DNA of 64,000 nt from an uncultured Candidatus Rokubacteria bacterium (GCA_963747235.1 CAVVEU010000040.1:544001-608000), one strand, 5' to 3'; numbered from the stretch's first letter, positions 19,372 to 31,248 are shown. The notes: generated from the sequence alone by a model not told the origin. Program-made: numbers and translations.

Positions 19372-21276
19372 CCGCGGCTGCAGCAATCCCCGTGCGGCGT
19401 CGGGCGGGGCACGTCCAGCGCCGGGTTGCGGTCGAAGAAGCCGGCCGGCTTGAGCATGAAGCCGATCGTGGTCACCGGCATCACGGGCCAGTCCTCGGGT
19501 CGGACGATGTGGTGGGCGCCGAAGGTGTACCAGAGGACGACGTCGGTGTTCTCGAGCGGCGCGTCGTCCCGCACGTAGGTCGGCAGGCCGGCCCCGCCGG
19601 GATGCTGGTTCGGGTACTCGCCGGCGGCGTAGCGCTCGCGCGGATCGTGGCGCGTGACCCAGAGGTGCCGGGTCATGAAGGCCGCGCGCTTGGTGACGGA
19701 GGCTTCCGGCCCCGCGAACGGCCGCACGTTCTCGCCCGGCATCAGCTTGTAGGCGACCGGCTCGCCGAGGCGGTTGCGCACCGAGGGATTCACGACCTTC
19801 CAGAAGCGCCCGGCCAGCGGATCGAGGAGCCGCTGCGCCTGGGCCTCCGAGGCCAGCAGCGTGGCCTCGGCGTGGAAGGCATTGTGGTGCGGGTTCTCGG
19901 GCCCGGGCGCGTCCGCGACGGTGTTGACCTCGTAGACCGAGTTGTCCGGCCCGTCCACCATCATGTCGAGGCGCGCGTTGAAGAAGTGCTGGTGAATGGG
20001 CCCGTACACGCCCGGCGCGACCATCTCGCCCCACCGCGGCTTGGCCCCGGGCGGCTCCGCGCCGTTCGAGATGACGCCGGTCAGCTTGACTTCCAACTGG
20101 ATCGTGCCGTCGAGGTAGAAGTACCAGTAGAACCCGTACTCGTAGTTGCCCACCGTCGAGATGGACGACACCACCAGGCGGCGTGAGCGGCGCACCTCGG
20201 TCGTCCCCAGGCGCCAGTCGAAGTGCTTCCAGAGGATGCCCGCGTCCTCCTCGTGGAGGCAGATGGCGTTCGCCAGCGTCACCGGGCGGCCCTGCCCGTC
20301 GTTGACCACCGCGTCGAGGTAGCGGATCTCGCCCAGGCAGTCGCAGCCGTTCTCGAGCGCAGTTGGCGAGCGTGCCGATGCCGTACTCGCCCACGTCGAA
20401 GGCGTTGCGGTGGAAGTAGGTCGGCCGCGGGTCGCCGTAGGGCACCACCATGTCGGCGATCGAGGCGCGGTAGAGGACCGGCCGCTCGCGCCCCTGGTCC
20501 TCGTAGCCGACCGTGTGGAGCACGAGGCCCTCGCGGGGCGTGAAGCCGATCCGCATCCGCCAGCGCTGCCAGCGCAGCTCGTGGCCCGCGAGCTCGAAGC
20601 TCGGCCCCTCCGGCTGGCGGATCTCGACCGGCTTGAGCCCGGCGCGCGTGCCCGCCGCCTCCGGCGAGTAGTTGGCGTCCTCGGGCGGCAGCGGGACGAC
20701 CCCGCCGTCCTCCACCGCGACCACCGCCATCGCGTTCAGGTCCACGACCGTCAGCAGGTTGGCCACCGGCCGCGCGTAGCCATTGTCCTGCGCGTGCCGC
20801 CGCACCCACGTGAGCGCGCGCACCAGCCGCCGCCCCTCGTCCTGCGGGAAGCCGAAGTTGCCCGCCGACCAGCAGTCCACCATGGCGAGGCTCAGATCGG
20901 TGATCCCGCGCCGGCGCATGGCTTCCTGCCAGCGCGGGTCGGCGCGGACCGCCGCCTCGCAATCCACGAACTCGTCCAGCACGATGGCGGGCTGGGCGCC
21001 GGGCACGTGCTCCCACGACAGCACGCGGCCCCCGGAGAGCGACACGACCGCCTCGTAGGTCTTGCCGGGCCCGGAGTCCACGAGCACCACGAACGCGGCC
21101 CGCTCCACCGCGTCGCCGGGCCGGTGCGCGAGCACGATCTTCTTGGCCGGCTCGTGCAGCATGATGAAGATGACCCGCACCCGCGGCCCGAGCGCGCGCT
21201 CCGTCCGCACGATCTCCCAGGCGCGCGCGATCTCGGCCGCGGTCAGCGGATCCAGGGGGTGGACGGTCGATGCCAT
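19368..21276 (-). CDS. Copper-containing primary amine oxidase, frameshift near 20355
   Basis: HPLDPLT N-terminus, FDVGEYG, TVGNYEY (TPQ consensus), HQH and H copper ligands, RPEDWPVMP, FFDRNPALDVP. Confidence 0.95.
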
Positions 21277-21295
21277 GCGTCGTCTCCTTCGCCCT

Positions 21296-22297
21296 CTACT
21301 CGATGACCTGGTGGGCCTGGACCAGGATGGAAGGCGGCACCTGGAGCCCGATCGCCTTCGCGGTCTTGAGGTTCACGACCAGCTCGAACCGGTCCGGCTG
21401 CTCGACCGACAGGTCGCCCGGCCGGGCCCCGCCGAGAATGCGGTGGACGTAGGAGGCGGCGCGGCGCTGCACGTCGGCGAAGCTGCTAGCATAGCTCATG
21501 AGCCCGCCCCCCTCGACCGCCTCCCGGAACGGAAACACCGACGGCAGCTTCTGCTCGCGTGCGGCCTCCGCGATGCGCGAGGCGATGCCGTCGAGCAGGG
21601 GGCTCTCCACCGTGTAGATCCCCTGCACGTGCGCCGCCCGCAGCCGCCGCCGGAGGGTCTCGCGCGTCTCCGACCCCGTGATCTCCATCCACTCGATCTG
21701 CACGCCGAGCCTCGTGGCCATGCTCTCGAGCTCGGTGATCGTGGGGCGGCGCGCCGGATTGACCAGGACGGCGACCCGGTCGAGCCTCGGCACCATCTCC
21801 TTCAGGAGCGAGAGGCGCTTGCTCCGCATCTCGGGGCTCATGAGGGCCACGCCGGTCACGTTCCCGCCCGGCCGGGCGAGGTTCGTCACCAACCCCTGGA
21901 CGACGGGATCCCCGGCCGGCGCCATGACGATCGGTACGGTGGCGGTGACCGCCTTGGCCGCGAGGGCGGCCTGGAAGCCGACCGCGACGATCAGGTCCAC
22001 CCGGGCCCGCACGAGCTCGCCCGCCATCCTCCGCAGGCGCTCGAGATTGCCCGCCGCGTAGCGGTACTCGAAGACGACGTTCTGCCCCTCGACGTAGCCC
22101 AGCTCGCGCAGGCCCTCCCGCAACGCCACGGCGCGCTGCGAATTGTCGGACTCGGGTCGCGCCAGGAAGAGGATGCCGATGCGGGCGACGGCCGGCTGGG
22201 CCAGGACCGCCGCGCCTCCCGGCACCAGCAAGGTCAGGACCAGCCCCAGGCCGAGCAGGGCCACGCGCCTGCGGGTTCGCGGACGGGACGACGCCAT
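21296..22297 (-). CDS. ABC transporter substrate-binding protein (PF04392-type), orphan
   Basis: GLRELGYVEGQN, DPVVQGLVTNLARPGGNVTG, GGLMSY, PGDLSVEQPDRFELVVNLKTAKAIGL. Confidence 0.9.
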   Translation of the reverse strand: MASSRPRTRRRVALLGLGLVLTLLVPGGAAVLAQPAVARIGILFLARPESDNSQRAVALREGLRELGYVEGQNVVFEYRYAAGNLERLRRMAGELVRARVDLIVAVGFQAALAAKAVTATVPIVMAPAGDPVVQGLVTNLARPGGNVTGVALMSPEMRSKRLSLLKEMVPRLDRVAVLVNPARRPTITELESMATRLGVQIEWMEITGSETRETLRRRLRAAHVQGIYTVESPLLDGIASRIAEAAREQKLPSVFPFREAVEGGGLMSYASSFADVQRRAASYVHRILGGARPGDLSVEQPDRFELVVNLKTAKAIGLQVPPSILVQAHQVIE

Positions 22298-22353
22298 GAG
22301 CCACCCAGCATACGCAGACGGTCCGCCGGGTGGCAAGGGCGGAACGCGCGACA

Positions 22354-22716
22354 CTAGCGCGGGGGCAGCTCCCGGATCGGCCGCACCTCGATCGAGTGGC
22401 CGCCCACCCGCAGCAATGGATGCTCGGTCGCGATGGCGAGCGCCTCGTCGAGGCTCGCGACCTCCACGATGGTGTAGCCGCCGAGCTGCTCCTTGGTCTC
22501 GGCGAACGGCCCGTCCGTCGTGACCGCCTTGCCGTCACGCATCCGCACCGTGGTCGCGGTGTGGGTGGGCAGCAGCGGGTCACCGGCCAGAAAGGTGCCG
22601 CGCTGGCGAAGCGGCTCCGAAGCGTCGATCGCTTGCTGGCGGATCGCGATGCGCTCCGCCTCGGGCTTGGCGTCCCACCACTTCTCGTCCCGGTACATCA
22701 GCAGCATGTAACGCAT
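22354..22716 (-). CDS. YciI/DGPF family protein
   Basis: [20 protein letters not shown]. Confidence 0.92.
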   Translation of the reverse strand: MRYMLLMYRDEKWWDAKPEAERIAIRQQAIDASEPLRQRGTFLAGDPLLPTHTATTVRMRDGKAVTTDGPFAETKEQLGGYTIVEVASLDEALAIATEHPLLRVGGHSIEVRPIRELPPR

Positions 22717-22732
22717 GGTGGCGGATGGCCTC

Positions 22733-23945
22733 TCAGTGCGCCACGCTCGGCACCGCGACCCGGAACGGCGCCGGCGGCCGGAACGCGAACGCGATGGCCA
22801 CCGCCCCGAGGCCGATGCCGAAGGAGCCGACGAAGAGCCAGGCGTAGCTCCCGAACGAATCGTAGAGCACGCCGCCGAGCCAGGGCCCGAGGGCCATGCC
22901 CAGGGTGGACGCGAAGGCGACCGCGCCGAAGGTGGCGCCCATGATCCGCGCGCCGAAGTACTCGCGCACCACGATCGCGTAGAGCGGCATCACGCCGCCG
23001 TAGGCGAGGCCGAACATGAGGGCCAGCGCGTAGAAGCCGGCGAGCTCGCGGGTGACCAGGTAGAGGCCCACCGCGACCGCCTGGATGGCGAGCCCCACGA
23101 TCAGCACGCGCTTGGCCCCCAGCCGATCGGCCAGGAGGCCGCAGATCACGCGGCCGCTCAGGGAGGCCAGACCCGCCGCGCCCAGCACGGTGGTCGCGGC
23201 CATCGCGGAGATGCCGTGGTCGATCACGTTGGTGACCATGTGGAAGATCGGGCCCGAGTGCGCCGCGCAGCACGCGAAGTGGGTGAGCGCGATGGCCGCG
23301 AACTGCGGGGTGCGCAGGGCTTCCGCCACCGTGAATTCACGCGCCGCGACCGCGCCGGGCACGGGAGCCGCGGGCGCCGCCGCCGGCGGGTTGCGCACGA
23401 GCAGGGCGGCCGGGATGAGCAGGAGCCACGCGAGGTCGCCGATCACCAGCATCGCGACGCGCCAGTCGTAGTGGCGTGATGATCCAGCCCGCGAGGGGCG
23501 CCACCGTCATCGAGCCGAGGCCGAGCCCCGCCGAGACGAGCGCGACCGCGAGGCTTCGATGCTCGACGAACCACCGGGTCGTCGTCGCGGTCATCGGCGC
23601 GTAGAAGCTTCCGGCCGCGACGCCCACGATCACCCCGAACAGGAGCTGGAACTGGCCGAGGGTCGCCGCCCGGCTCGCGGCCACCAGGCCCGCCCCCAGC
23701 AGGATGCTGCCCGAGAGCACCACCACGCGGGTGCCGAACCGGTCGGAGAGCGCGCCCCAGAAGAACGACCCGACGCCCATGCAGAGGAAGTTCAGCATCG
23801 CGGCCAGCGAGATGCCGCTGCGGGACCACCCCATCGCCTCGGACATGGGCTGGAGAAACACCCCGAGCGAGAGCATCGAGCCGATCCCGACGCACGTCAT
23901 CACGATGCCGGCCGCCACAATGACCCAGCCGTAGAAGATCTTCAT
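22733..23945 (-). CDS. MFS transporter (OFA/MCT-like), frameshift near 23470
   Basis: FYGWVIV, GALSDRFGTR, GLLADRLGAKR, REYFGARIMG; multiple TM segments. Confidence 0.9.
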
Positions 23946-24031
23946 CGTGCCCCGAGGAGCCTACCACGGGCCGCCGGCTGAGGCTCGACCAGGTTGCCTT
24001 CCCGCGACAGGCCAAGGAAACATCGGTACCC

Positions 24032-24058
24032 TGTCGATTCAGGAGGCCGTCGAGCGAC
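24032..24058 (+). promoter_or_regulatory. ECF42-type promoter
   Basis: TGTCGA-17 bp-CGAC upstream of the yciI-yciI-ECF operon, matching the TGTCGA -35 described for ECF42 targets. Confidence 0.65.
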
Positions 24059-24097
24059 CATCCGGTGGCGGCAGCCATCCGAAGTCGAGGAGGGGCC

Positions 24098-24451
24098 ATG
24101 AAGTACGTCTGCCTGGTCTATCTTGTGGAGACGGAGATGAACGCCCTGTCCAAGCGGGAGGCCGACGCGTGCACCGAGGAGAGCCTGTCCTACGACGAGG
24201 CCCTCCGCAGAAGCGGTCACCTCATCGCCGCCCAGGCCCTCCAGCCGGTCGAGACGGCCACCACCATCCGGGTGCGGAACGGCAAGCTGTCCACGACCGA
24301 CGGCCCCTTCGCCGAGACGAAGGAGCAGCTCGGCGGGTTCATCCTGATCGAGGCCCGGGACCTCAACGACGCCATCCAGGTGGCCGCGAAGATCCCGATG
24401 GGGCGCCGGGGCAGCATCGAGGTGCGACCAATCAAGGAGCTCAAGCGATGA
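24098..24451 (+). CDS. YciI/DGPF family protein
   Basis: [28 protein letters not shown]; GAGGAGG RBS. Confidence 0.92.
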   Translation: MKYVCLVYLVETEMNALSKREADACTEESLSYDEALRRSGHLIAAQALQPVETATTIRVRNGKLSTTDGPFAETKEQLGGFILIEARDLNDAIQVAAKIPMGRRGSIEVRPIKELKR

Positions 24452-24804
24452 AGTTCATGTTCCTGATCTATCACGAGGAGAAGACGCTGGACACGATGCC
24501 CGACGGGGAGATGCAGCGCCTCGTGGACGCGGCGCTCGGCTACAGCGAGGAGCTGCGGCAGAGCGGCCACTTCATCGTGTCGAATGCGCTGCAGCGCGGG
24601 CGGACCGCCCGGACCATCCGGGTGCGCGGCGGCAAGGTGACCACCACCGACGGCCCCTTCGCCGAGACCAAGGAGCAGCTCGGCGGCTTCTTCCTCATCG
24701 AGGCCAAGGATCTGGACGAAGCGTGCGCGGTGGCCGCGCGGTTCCCGCCGGCCCGCATCGGGACCATCGAGGTGCGCCCGGTCCAGGAGCTGCGGCACTC
24801 CTAG
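24448..24804 (+). CDS. YciI/DGPF family protein
   Basis: [28 protein letters not shown]; ATGA overlap. Confidence 0.92.
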   Translation: MKFMFLIYHEEKTLDTMPDGEMQRLVDAALGYSEELRQSGHFIVSNALQRGRTARTIRVRGGKVTTTDGPFAETKEQLGGFFLIEAKDLDEACAVAARFPPARIGTIEVRPVQELRHS

Positions 24805-24823
24805 CCGCGGCCCCGAACGTCTC

Positions 24824-26080
24824 ATGAGCGAGCCCCCGGGCGACGACCGCGCGCGCGAGGCGGTGGAGGCGGTCTACCGCTCGGACTCGCGCCGCGTCCT
24901 GGCCACCCTCATCCGTCTGCTCGGCGATTTCGACCTGGCGGAGGAGGCCCTGCACGAGGCCTTCGCGGCCGCGGTCGAGCAGTGGCCGCGGGAGGGCATG
25001 CCCGCCAATCCGCGGGCCTGGCTCGTCTCCACCGGGCGCTTCAAGGCCATCGACGCCATGCGCCGGCGGGCCCGGTTCGACGCCTCCCAGGCGGAGCTCG
25101 CCGAGCGGATCGAGGCCGAGACCGCCGGCCCCAGGCCGGGCGAGGCGGAGGACATCGTGGACGACCGGCTCCGCCTGATCTTCACGTGCTGCCACCCGGC
25201 CCTGCCCCCGGACGCCCAGGTCGCGCTGACCCTGCGCGAGGTCTGCGGTCTCACCACCGAGGAGATCGCGCGCGCCTTTCTCACCGCGCCCCCGACGCTC
25301 GCCCAGCGCATCGTGCGCGCCAAGGCGAAGATCCGAGACGCGCGCATCCCCTACGAGGTCCCGGCCCTGGCCGAGCTGCCGGCCCGCCTGGACACCGTCC
25401 TGCACGTGGTCTACCTGGTGTTCAACGAGGGCTACTCGGCGTCCTCGGGCGAGTCGCTGACGCGGGCCGATCTCTCGGGCGAGGCCATCCGCCTGGGACG
25501 GCTGCTCATCGAGCTGCTGCCGGAGCCCGAGGCCGTCGGCCTGCTGGCGCTGATGCTGCTCCACGAGTCGCGCCGCCCCGCGCGCACCTCCCCCACCGGC
25601 GAGCTGATCCTGCTGGACGACCAGGACCGCTCGCTCTGGAGCCGCGCGCAGATCGCGGAGGGCACCGGGCTGGTGGAGCGGGCGCTCGCCTCGCGCCGGA
25701 TCGGCCCGTACACGCTCCAGGCCGCGATCGCGGCGGTGCACGCGGAGGCGCCCGCCGCCGCCCTGACCGACTGGGGCCAGATCGTCGGGCTCTACGACGT
25801 GCTGGTGCGGGCCGAGCCGTCGCCGGTGGTCGAGCTGAACCGCGCCGCCGCGGTGGCGATGCGCGACGGCCCCGCGGCGGGCCTGGCCCTCATCGACGCG
25901 ATCCTGGCGCGCGGCGACCTGGCGGACTACCCGCTGGCGCACTCGGCGCGGGCGGAGCTGTGCCGGCGCCTCGGGAAGACGGGCGACGCCCGCGCCTCCT
26001 ACGAGCGCGCGCTCGGCCTGACCCGGCAGGAGCCGCAGCGGCGCTTTCTCGAGCGCCGCCTGGCCGAGCTCCCGGACTGA
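24824..26080 (+). CDS. ECF sigma factor with C-terminal TPR extension (ECF42 group)
   Basis: [57 protein letters not shown]; DGPF-protein neighbours. Confidence 0.92.
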   Translation: MSEPPGDDRAREAVEAVYRSDSRRVLATLIRLLGDFDLAEEALHEAFAAAVEQWPREGMPANPRAWLVSTGRFKAIDAMRRRARFDASQAELAERIEAETAGPRPGEAEDIVDDRLRLIFTCCHPALPPDAQVALTLREVCGLTTEEIARAFLTAPPTLAQRIVRAKAKIRDARIPYEVPALAELPARLDTVLHVVYLVFNEGYSASSGESLTRADLSGEAIRLGRLLIELLPEPEAVGLLALMLLHESRRPARTSPTGELILLDDQDRSLWSRAQIAEGTGLVERALASRRIGPYTLQAAIAAVHAEAPAAALTDWGQIVGLYDVLVRAEPSPVVELNRAAAVAMRDGPAAGLALIDAILARGDLADYPLAHSARAELCRRLGKTGDARASYERALGLTRQEPQRRFLERRLAELPD

Positions 26081-26095
26081 GGCGCGGCCCGCGGT

Positions 26096-26124
26096 TTGAC
26101 CACCCGGGGCTGATCTGGCAGGAT
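26096..26124 (+). promoter_or_regulatory. Sigma70-like promoter
   Basis: TTGACC-17 bp-CAGGAT upstream of the CoA transferase. Confidence 0.5.
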
Positions 26125-26156
26125 CGCCTCACTCTCGCCGTCCCGGAGGCCATCCG

Positions 26157-27360
26157 ATGCGCATGCCGCTCGAAGACGTGAAGGTCCTCGACCTGAGCCA
26201 CGCCCTCGCGGGGCCCTTCTGCTCCACGATGCTGGCCGACTTCGGCGCCGAGGTCATCAAGCTCGAGCCGCGCGGCGCCGGCGACATCGCGCGCGCCTGG
26301 GGGCCGCCCCTGCCCGGCGGCGAGACCTCGTACTTCGTGAGCCTGCATCGCAACAAGAAGGGCATCGAGGTCGACCTGAAGCACCCGGAAGGCAAAGAGT
26401 CTCTTCTTTCAGCTGGTAGACAAATGCGACGTCGTGCTCGAGAACTATCGGGTGGGCGCGCTCGCCCGGCTCGGGCTGGGCTACGAGGCCGCGCGCGAGC
26501 GGAACCCCGGCATCATCTACTGCTCGGTCTCGGGCTTCGGCCAGGACGGCCCGTACCGCGACCGCGCCGCGCTCGACCTAATCGTCCAGTCCGAGAGCGG
26601 GATGATCAGCACCACCGGCGAGGCGGACGGCCACGGGGTGCGCTGCGGCGTCTCTATCGCCGACATGACCGCGGGGATGTACGCGGCCTTCGGCATCATG
26701 CTGGCCTTGCGCGTGAAGGAGCGGACCGGACGCGGCCAGGCCATCGACGTCTCGATGCTCGAGGGCCAGCTCTCGCTCCTCGGGAGCATGATCGGCGCCT
26801 ACTTCGCCGACGGCGAGCTGCCGCGGCCGATGGGCACCGCGTACAAGGCGCTCCTGCCCTACCAGACCTTCCGCACCAAGACACGGGACCTGGCCCTGGC
26901 CGTCGGCAGCGAGAAGCTCTGGAAGGTGTTCTGCCCCGTGATCGGCCGGCCCGAGCTGACCGACGATCCGCGCTATCGCACCAACGCCGACCGGGCGCGC
27001 AACCGCGACACGCTCATCCCCGCGCTGCAGGCGGCGTTCCTCACGCGGACGTACGAGGAATGGGAGCCGCTGCTGCTCGCGCAGGGCATTCCCATGGGCG
27101 CCATCAACACCATTCCCCAGGTGGTGGAGCACCCGCAGGTGATCGCGCGCGGGGCCCTGGTGGAGATGGACCATCCCCGCGCCGGCACCGTGCGCATGGT
27201 CGGCGCGCCGGTGCGCCTGTCGGAGACGCCGGGCTCGGTGCGCACGCCCGCCCCGCTGCTCGGCGAGCACACCGACGCGGTGCTGCGGGACTTGCTGGGC
27301 CTCGAGGCCGCCGAGATCGACACCTTGAGGGCCGGTGGCGTCATCGGCCCGAAGCAGTGA
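26157..27360 (+). CDS. CaiB/BaiF family III CoA transferase, frameshift near 26400
   Basis: VLDLSHALAGPF..FGAEVIKLE, RNKK, ENYRVG, SGFGQDGPY, IADMTAG, APLLGEHT. Confidence 0.92.
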
Positions 27361-27368
27361 GCTGAGCC

Positions 27369-27752
27369 ATGAAGAAAGAAATCGTCCGGGCCACGCTGGC
27401 GCACGCGAATCCGAACCTGTCGGCCGCGACCCGGTTCGGCAACCTCGTCTTCGTGGCCGGCCAGACCGGACGGCATCCGGTCACCGGCGAGGTCGGGCGG
27501 GACATTCGCGAGCAGACCCGCAACACCCTCGAGCGCATCAAGGTCGTCCTCGCCGCGGCGGGCACCTCGCTCGACAATGTGCTCAGCGCGATGACGCACC
27601 TCACCCGGCGCGAGGACCTGGCGGCCTACAACGAGGAGTACGCGAGGTACTTCCCGGCCGACAAGCCCGCGCGGACCACCGTGACGGTCGCCTCGCTGAA
27701 CGCGCCCGAGCTGCTCGTGGAGATCACGGTCACCGCGTGCGTCCCCGACTGA
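27369..27752 (+). CDS. RidA/YjgF family protein
   Basis: LVFVAGQ, QTRNTLERI, PARTTV, LVEI. Confidence 0.9.
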   Translation: MKKEIVRATLAHANPNLSAATRFGNLVFVAGQTGRHPVTGEVGRDIREQTRNTLERIKVVLAAAGTSLDNVLSAMTHLTRREDLAAYNEEYARYFPADKPARTTVTVASLNAPELLVEITVTACVPD

Positions 27753-27756
27753 CCGT

Positions 27757-28994
27757 CTACCGCTCGCGGGGGTGCCGCCAGGCCAGGCCCGTGCGGCGCG
27801 CGACGAGCACGAGGACGATCACCGCCACCAGCCCGCTCCCGCCGCCCAGCGCGCAGGCCGCGCGCACGCCCAGCCGCTCGGCAAGAAGGCCCATCAGGAC
27901 CGACCCGAACGGGGTCATGCCCGCGTTGGCGAGCGCGTAGAGCCCCATCACGCGCCCCCGCAGCGCGTCCGGCGTCTCGAGCTGCAGCGTGGTGTTGCAG
28001 CCCGTGGAGAACAGGATCTGGCAGCACCCGAGCGCGACGAGCAAGGCGGCCGCGGCGCCGAAATGCCCCACCAGGGCGAGCGAGGCGGTCCCCGCGCTGA
28101 GCACCGCCGCCGAGGCGGCCAGGAACCACAGCGAGGGCCGGCCCCGACGGAGCAGCGTCAACCCGATGCCCGCCATCACCGCGCCCGCGCCGAGCGAGGA
28201 CATGAGCAGGCCGAACCCGTGCGCGCCCTCGTCGAGCACGTCCTTCGCGATCAGCGGCACCACCACGTTGAAGTTCAGCACGAGCACGCTGACCACGACG
28301 ACCAGGGCGAGCGTGAACGCGGTGGACGGGGTGCGCGCCGCGTAGGCGAGCGCGCCCCCAGACGCCTTCGCGGATGCCGAGCCGTCCGGCCGGGTCCGGG
28401 TTCCCGGGCGTGCGGGTGGCGAGGAGCGCGGCCAGCACCGCGACGAAGCTCAGGCCGTTGAGGAAGAACGCCGGGCGCCACGCCGAACCCCGCGATGAGC
28501 AGGCCGGCGACGGCGGGCCCCACGATGCGCGCCCCGTTGAAGACCAGCGAGTTGAGCGCGACCGCATTGGGCAGATCGGCCCGCCCGACGAGATCCGTGA
28601 TGTAGGACTGGCGCGCCGGGATGTCCACCGCGCGCCCCAGGCCGTAGATCGCGGCCAGCACCGCCACGTGCCAGTACCGCACGTGGCCGCTCCAGACGAG
28701 CCCGGCCAGCACGAAGGCCTGCGCCATCATGACCGCCTGGGTCAGCAGGATGATGCGGCGCTTGGGAAAGCGGTCGCTCAGCGCGCCGCCCACCGGCGAG
28801 AGCAGCAGGATCGGCGTGAACTGCAGCGCGGTCACCAGCCCGAGCTGGAACGGCGAGCCGGTGAGCTCCAGCACGAGCCACGCCTGGCCCACGCTCTGCA
28901 TCCAGGTGCCGATCAGCGAGACGAGCTGGCCGCTCCAGAAGAGACGGAAGTCGCGGTGGCGAAGCGCGGCGAGGCGGGCCGGTCGGCCGCTCAC
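27757..28994 (-). CDS. MFS transporter (MFS_3/DUF894-like), frameshifted
   Basis: ALRHRDFRLFWSGQLVSLIGTWMQ, AVALNS..ARIVGPAVAG, PDALRGRVMG; frame breaks around 28350-28475. Confidence 0.88.
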
Positions 28995-29884
28995 CGCGCG
29001 GCGGCGGAGCGGGTGGCCGCGAGGCTCGTGGCGCGCTCGTGGAGCGCCGGCGCGCCGAGCCGCCCGGCCCAGGCCGCGAAGCCCGGGCGCGGCCCGACCC
29101 ACCGCAGCCCGTCCACGTCGGTGCCGATCGGCGCATCCGCGCGCAGCGTGGCCAGCGTCCGGAACAGCCGCGCGCGCTCGCCCTGCTCGGCGAGCGTCGC
29201 GGCCAGGCGCGCGGCGCCGCGCACCGCGACATCCCAGTCCGCCGCGCGCTCGGGAATCTGCTCGAGGTGCCCGTAACGGGCGAGCACCGTCGCGGCGGAC
29301 GTGGCGCCCCAGCCGGGCAGACCCGGGAAGCCGTCCGCGCTGTCGCCCACCAGGGCGAGCCAGTCCGGAATGGACGCGGGCGGGACGCCGAACTTCTTGA
29401 CCACGCCCGCCTCGTCGCGCTGCTCGCCGCGCCGCCGGTCGAGCTGGACCACCCGCTCGCCCCGCACGCACTGCGCGAGGTCCTTGTCCGGCGTGCAGAT
29501 CACGACCTGCTCCACCCGCGCATCGGCCGCCGCGAGCGCCGCCGCGGCGGCGAGGGCGTCGTCGGCCTCGAACTCGACCATGGGCCAGACGACCACGCCC
29601 AGCGCGCCGAGCGCTTCCTCGAGCGGCTCGAACTGCGCGTAGAGCAGCGGGTCCATGCCCTCGCCGGTCTTGTAGCCCGGCCAGAGCGCGTTCCGGAACG
29701 ACTCGATGACGTGATCGGTCGCCACGCCCAGGTGCGTCGCGCCGCCCTCGAGCATGCCCAGGATCGACGCGACGACGCCCCGCACCGCACGCAGCTCGGG
29801 CGGCGTGCTCCGATCGAACGCCGCCCCCGGCGAGAGGAAGTAGCGGAAGAGCTCGTAGGTGCCGTCCACGAGGTGCACGATCAC
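28991..29884 (-). CDS. Stand-alone 5'-3' exonuclease / flap endonuclease
   Basis: HLVDGT, SFRN..YK, EADD, PDKDL, ALVGDSADGFPGLPGWG. Confidence 0.92.
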   Translation of the reverse strand: MIVHLVDGTYELFRYFLSPGAAFDRSTPPELRAVRGVVASILGMLEGGATHLGVATDHVIESFRNALWPGYKTGEGMDPLLYAQFEPLEEALGALGVVVWPMVEFEADDALAAAAALAAADARVEQVVICTPDKDLAQCVRGERVVQLDRRRGEQRDEAGVVKKFGVPPASIPDWLALVGDSADGFPGLPGWGATSAATVLARYGHLEQIPERAADWDVAVRGAARLAATLAEQGERARLFRTLATLRADAPIGTDVDGLRWVGPRPGFAAWAGRLGAPALHERATSLAATRSAAAR

Positions 29885-29937
29885 AGCCAGAACGATACGA
29901 CAGGGCCATGGCCGGACGCGGTAGAATCAACCCCGCC

Positions 29938-30820
29938 ATGAAGATCCGTATCGGGGTGGGCTCCGCGGGCGCGACCGCATCCATGGAGGCGATGGCCGAG
30001 CTGGTGGCCGGCCTCGACGAGTTCGGGTTCGACTCCCTCTGGCTCTCGGAGGTGCTGACCGGCCCGGTGCTCGATCCCGTCGTGGGCCTCGCCTGGGCCG
30101 CCGCGAGCAACCCGCGCCTGAAGGTCGGGACCACCATGCTGCTGCCGGGCCGCAATGTGCTGCGCCTGGCCAAGCAGCTCGCGAGCCTGGACCGGCTGTC
30201 CCAGGGCCGCCTGCTGGTGACACTGGTGCCCGGGCTCACCTTCTCGCCGGAGCGCGAGGCCATCGGGGTCGAGCCCAAGCAGCGCGGCGCCTTCATCGAC
30301 GAGGCCCTCCCGCTCCTGCGCCGCCTCTGGGCCGGCGAGACGGTGAGCCACGACGGGCCCGCCGGGACTCTCCGGGACGTCAAGCTCTCGCCCGCTGCCC
30401 GTGCAGCAGCCGCTCGAGGTGTGGCTGGGCGGCACGCTGCCGGCCGCGCTCGAGCGCTGCGGCCGGCTGTCGGATGGCTGGCTGCCCTCGCTGTGCACGC
30501 CCGCGGAAGCGGCGGCGGGCCGCGTCGTGATCGAGGACGCGGCGGCGCGCGCCGGCCGCTCGATCAGCGGCGAGCACTTCGGCATGAGCGTCGGCTACGC
30601 CACCGCGCCGATCGATCCGGCCACCGCGCGCGCGATGGCCGCGCGGCGGCCCCGCTCGGTCGAGCTGACGCCGGTGGGGCTGCCCGCGCTGCGCACGCTC
30701 CTCGAGCAGTTCATCGCGGTGGGCTTCTCGAAGTTCGTGGTGCGGCCGCTGGTCACGCCGAAATCGTGGCGCGCCGAGCTCGGGGCCCTGGCCGACGCGG
30801 TCGGCGATCTGCAGACCTGA
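29938..30820 (+). CDS. LLM-class oxidoreductase, frameshift near 30395
   Basis: GFDSLWLSE, LASLDRLSQGR, VWLGG..DGWLP. Confidence 0.85.
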
Positions 30821-30822
30821 GC

Positions 30823-31005
30823 ATGATCCGAGCGGTCGACATCACGGCCGAGCTGGCCGGATTCCCGGTCCTGCGCGGGCGCAGCCGCAGTACGCCCGCC
30901 GCGGAGGTCCAGGCCGCGTTCACGGTGCTGGCCCCGTTCCGCGACGGCAGCGTCTTCGCGGGCCGCTTCTCCGGGGAGAGAGACTCACCGTCGCCGCAGC
31001 CATGA
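30823..31005 (+). pseudogene. Probable truncated N-terminus of a cupin-type protein
   Basis: MIRAVDI..LAPFRDGSVFAGRFSGE ends where a WERH..E cupin motif would be expected; family assigned from recall. Confidence 0.45.
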
Positions 31006-31226
31006 GACATTTGTGGTGGGTCATCCCCTTCGTCACCGTCCTGGTGGCGATCCGGGTCTGGTGGGCAGGGCCAGGGGATGTCGCGGTTCTGGTGATTCTC
31101 GTATGTGGGCTCGCGGGCCTCGCCTATCTCGTCATGCGCAATCGGGCGCCAATGCCGCCTCTCCGGGGCGACCAGGAACGGGACACACGCGACGTCGAGC
31201 GAGACATCCCCCCACCACCAGGCTGA
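31002..31226 (+). CDS. Small two-TM membrane protein
   Basis: Two hydrophobic segments and a charged/Pro tail; ATGA overlap. Confidence 0.5.
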   Translation: MRHLWWVIPFVTVLVAIRVWWAGPGDVAVLVILVCGLAGLAYLVMRNRAPMPPLRGDQERDTRDVERDIPPPPG

Positions 31227-31248
31227 CCCACTACCGCGCGGCCCGCCC

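Noticed and set aside
17713-21276. 1187-aa amine oxidase ORF
   Set aside because: Frameshift near 20355 runs into antisense of the ThDP gene; the true C-terminus ends at 19368.
21062-22357. Plus-strand ORF with LLDDLVG..RLRGLEVHDQLE
   Set aside because: Antisense mirror of the conserved ABC substrate-binding protein C-terminus, not an independent gene.
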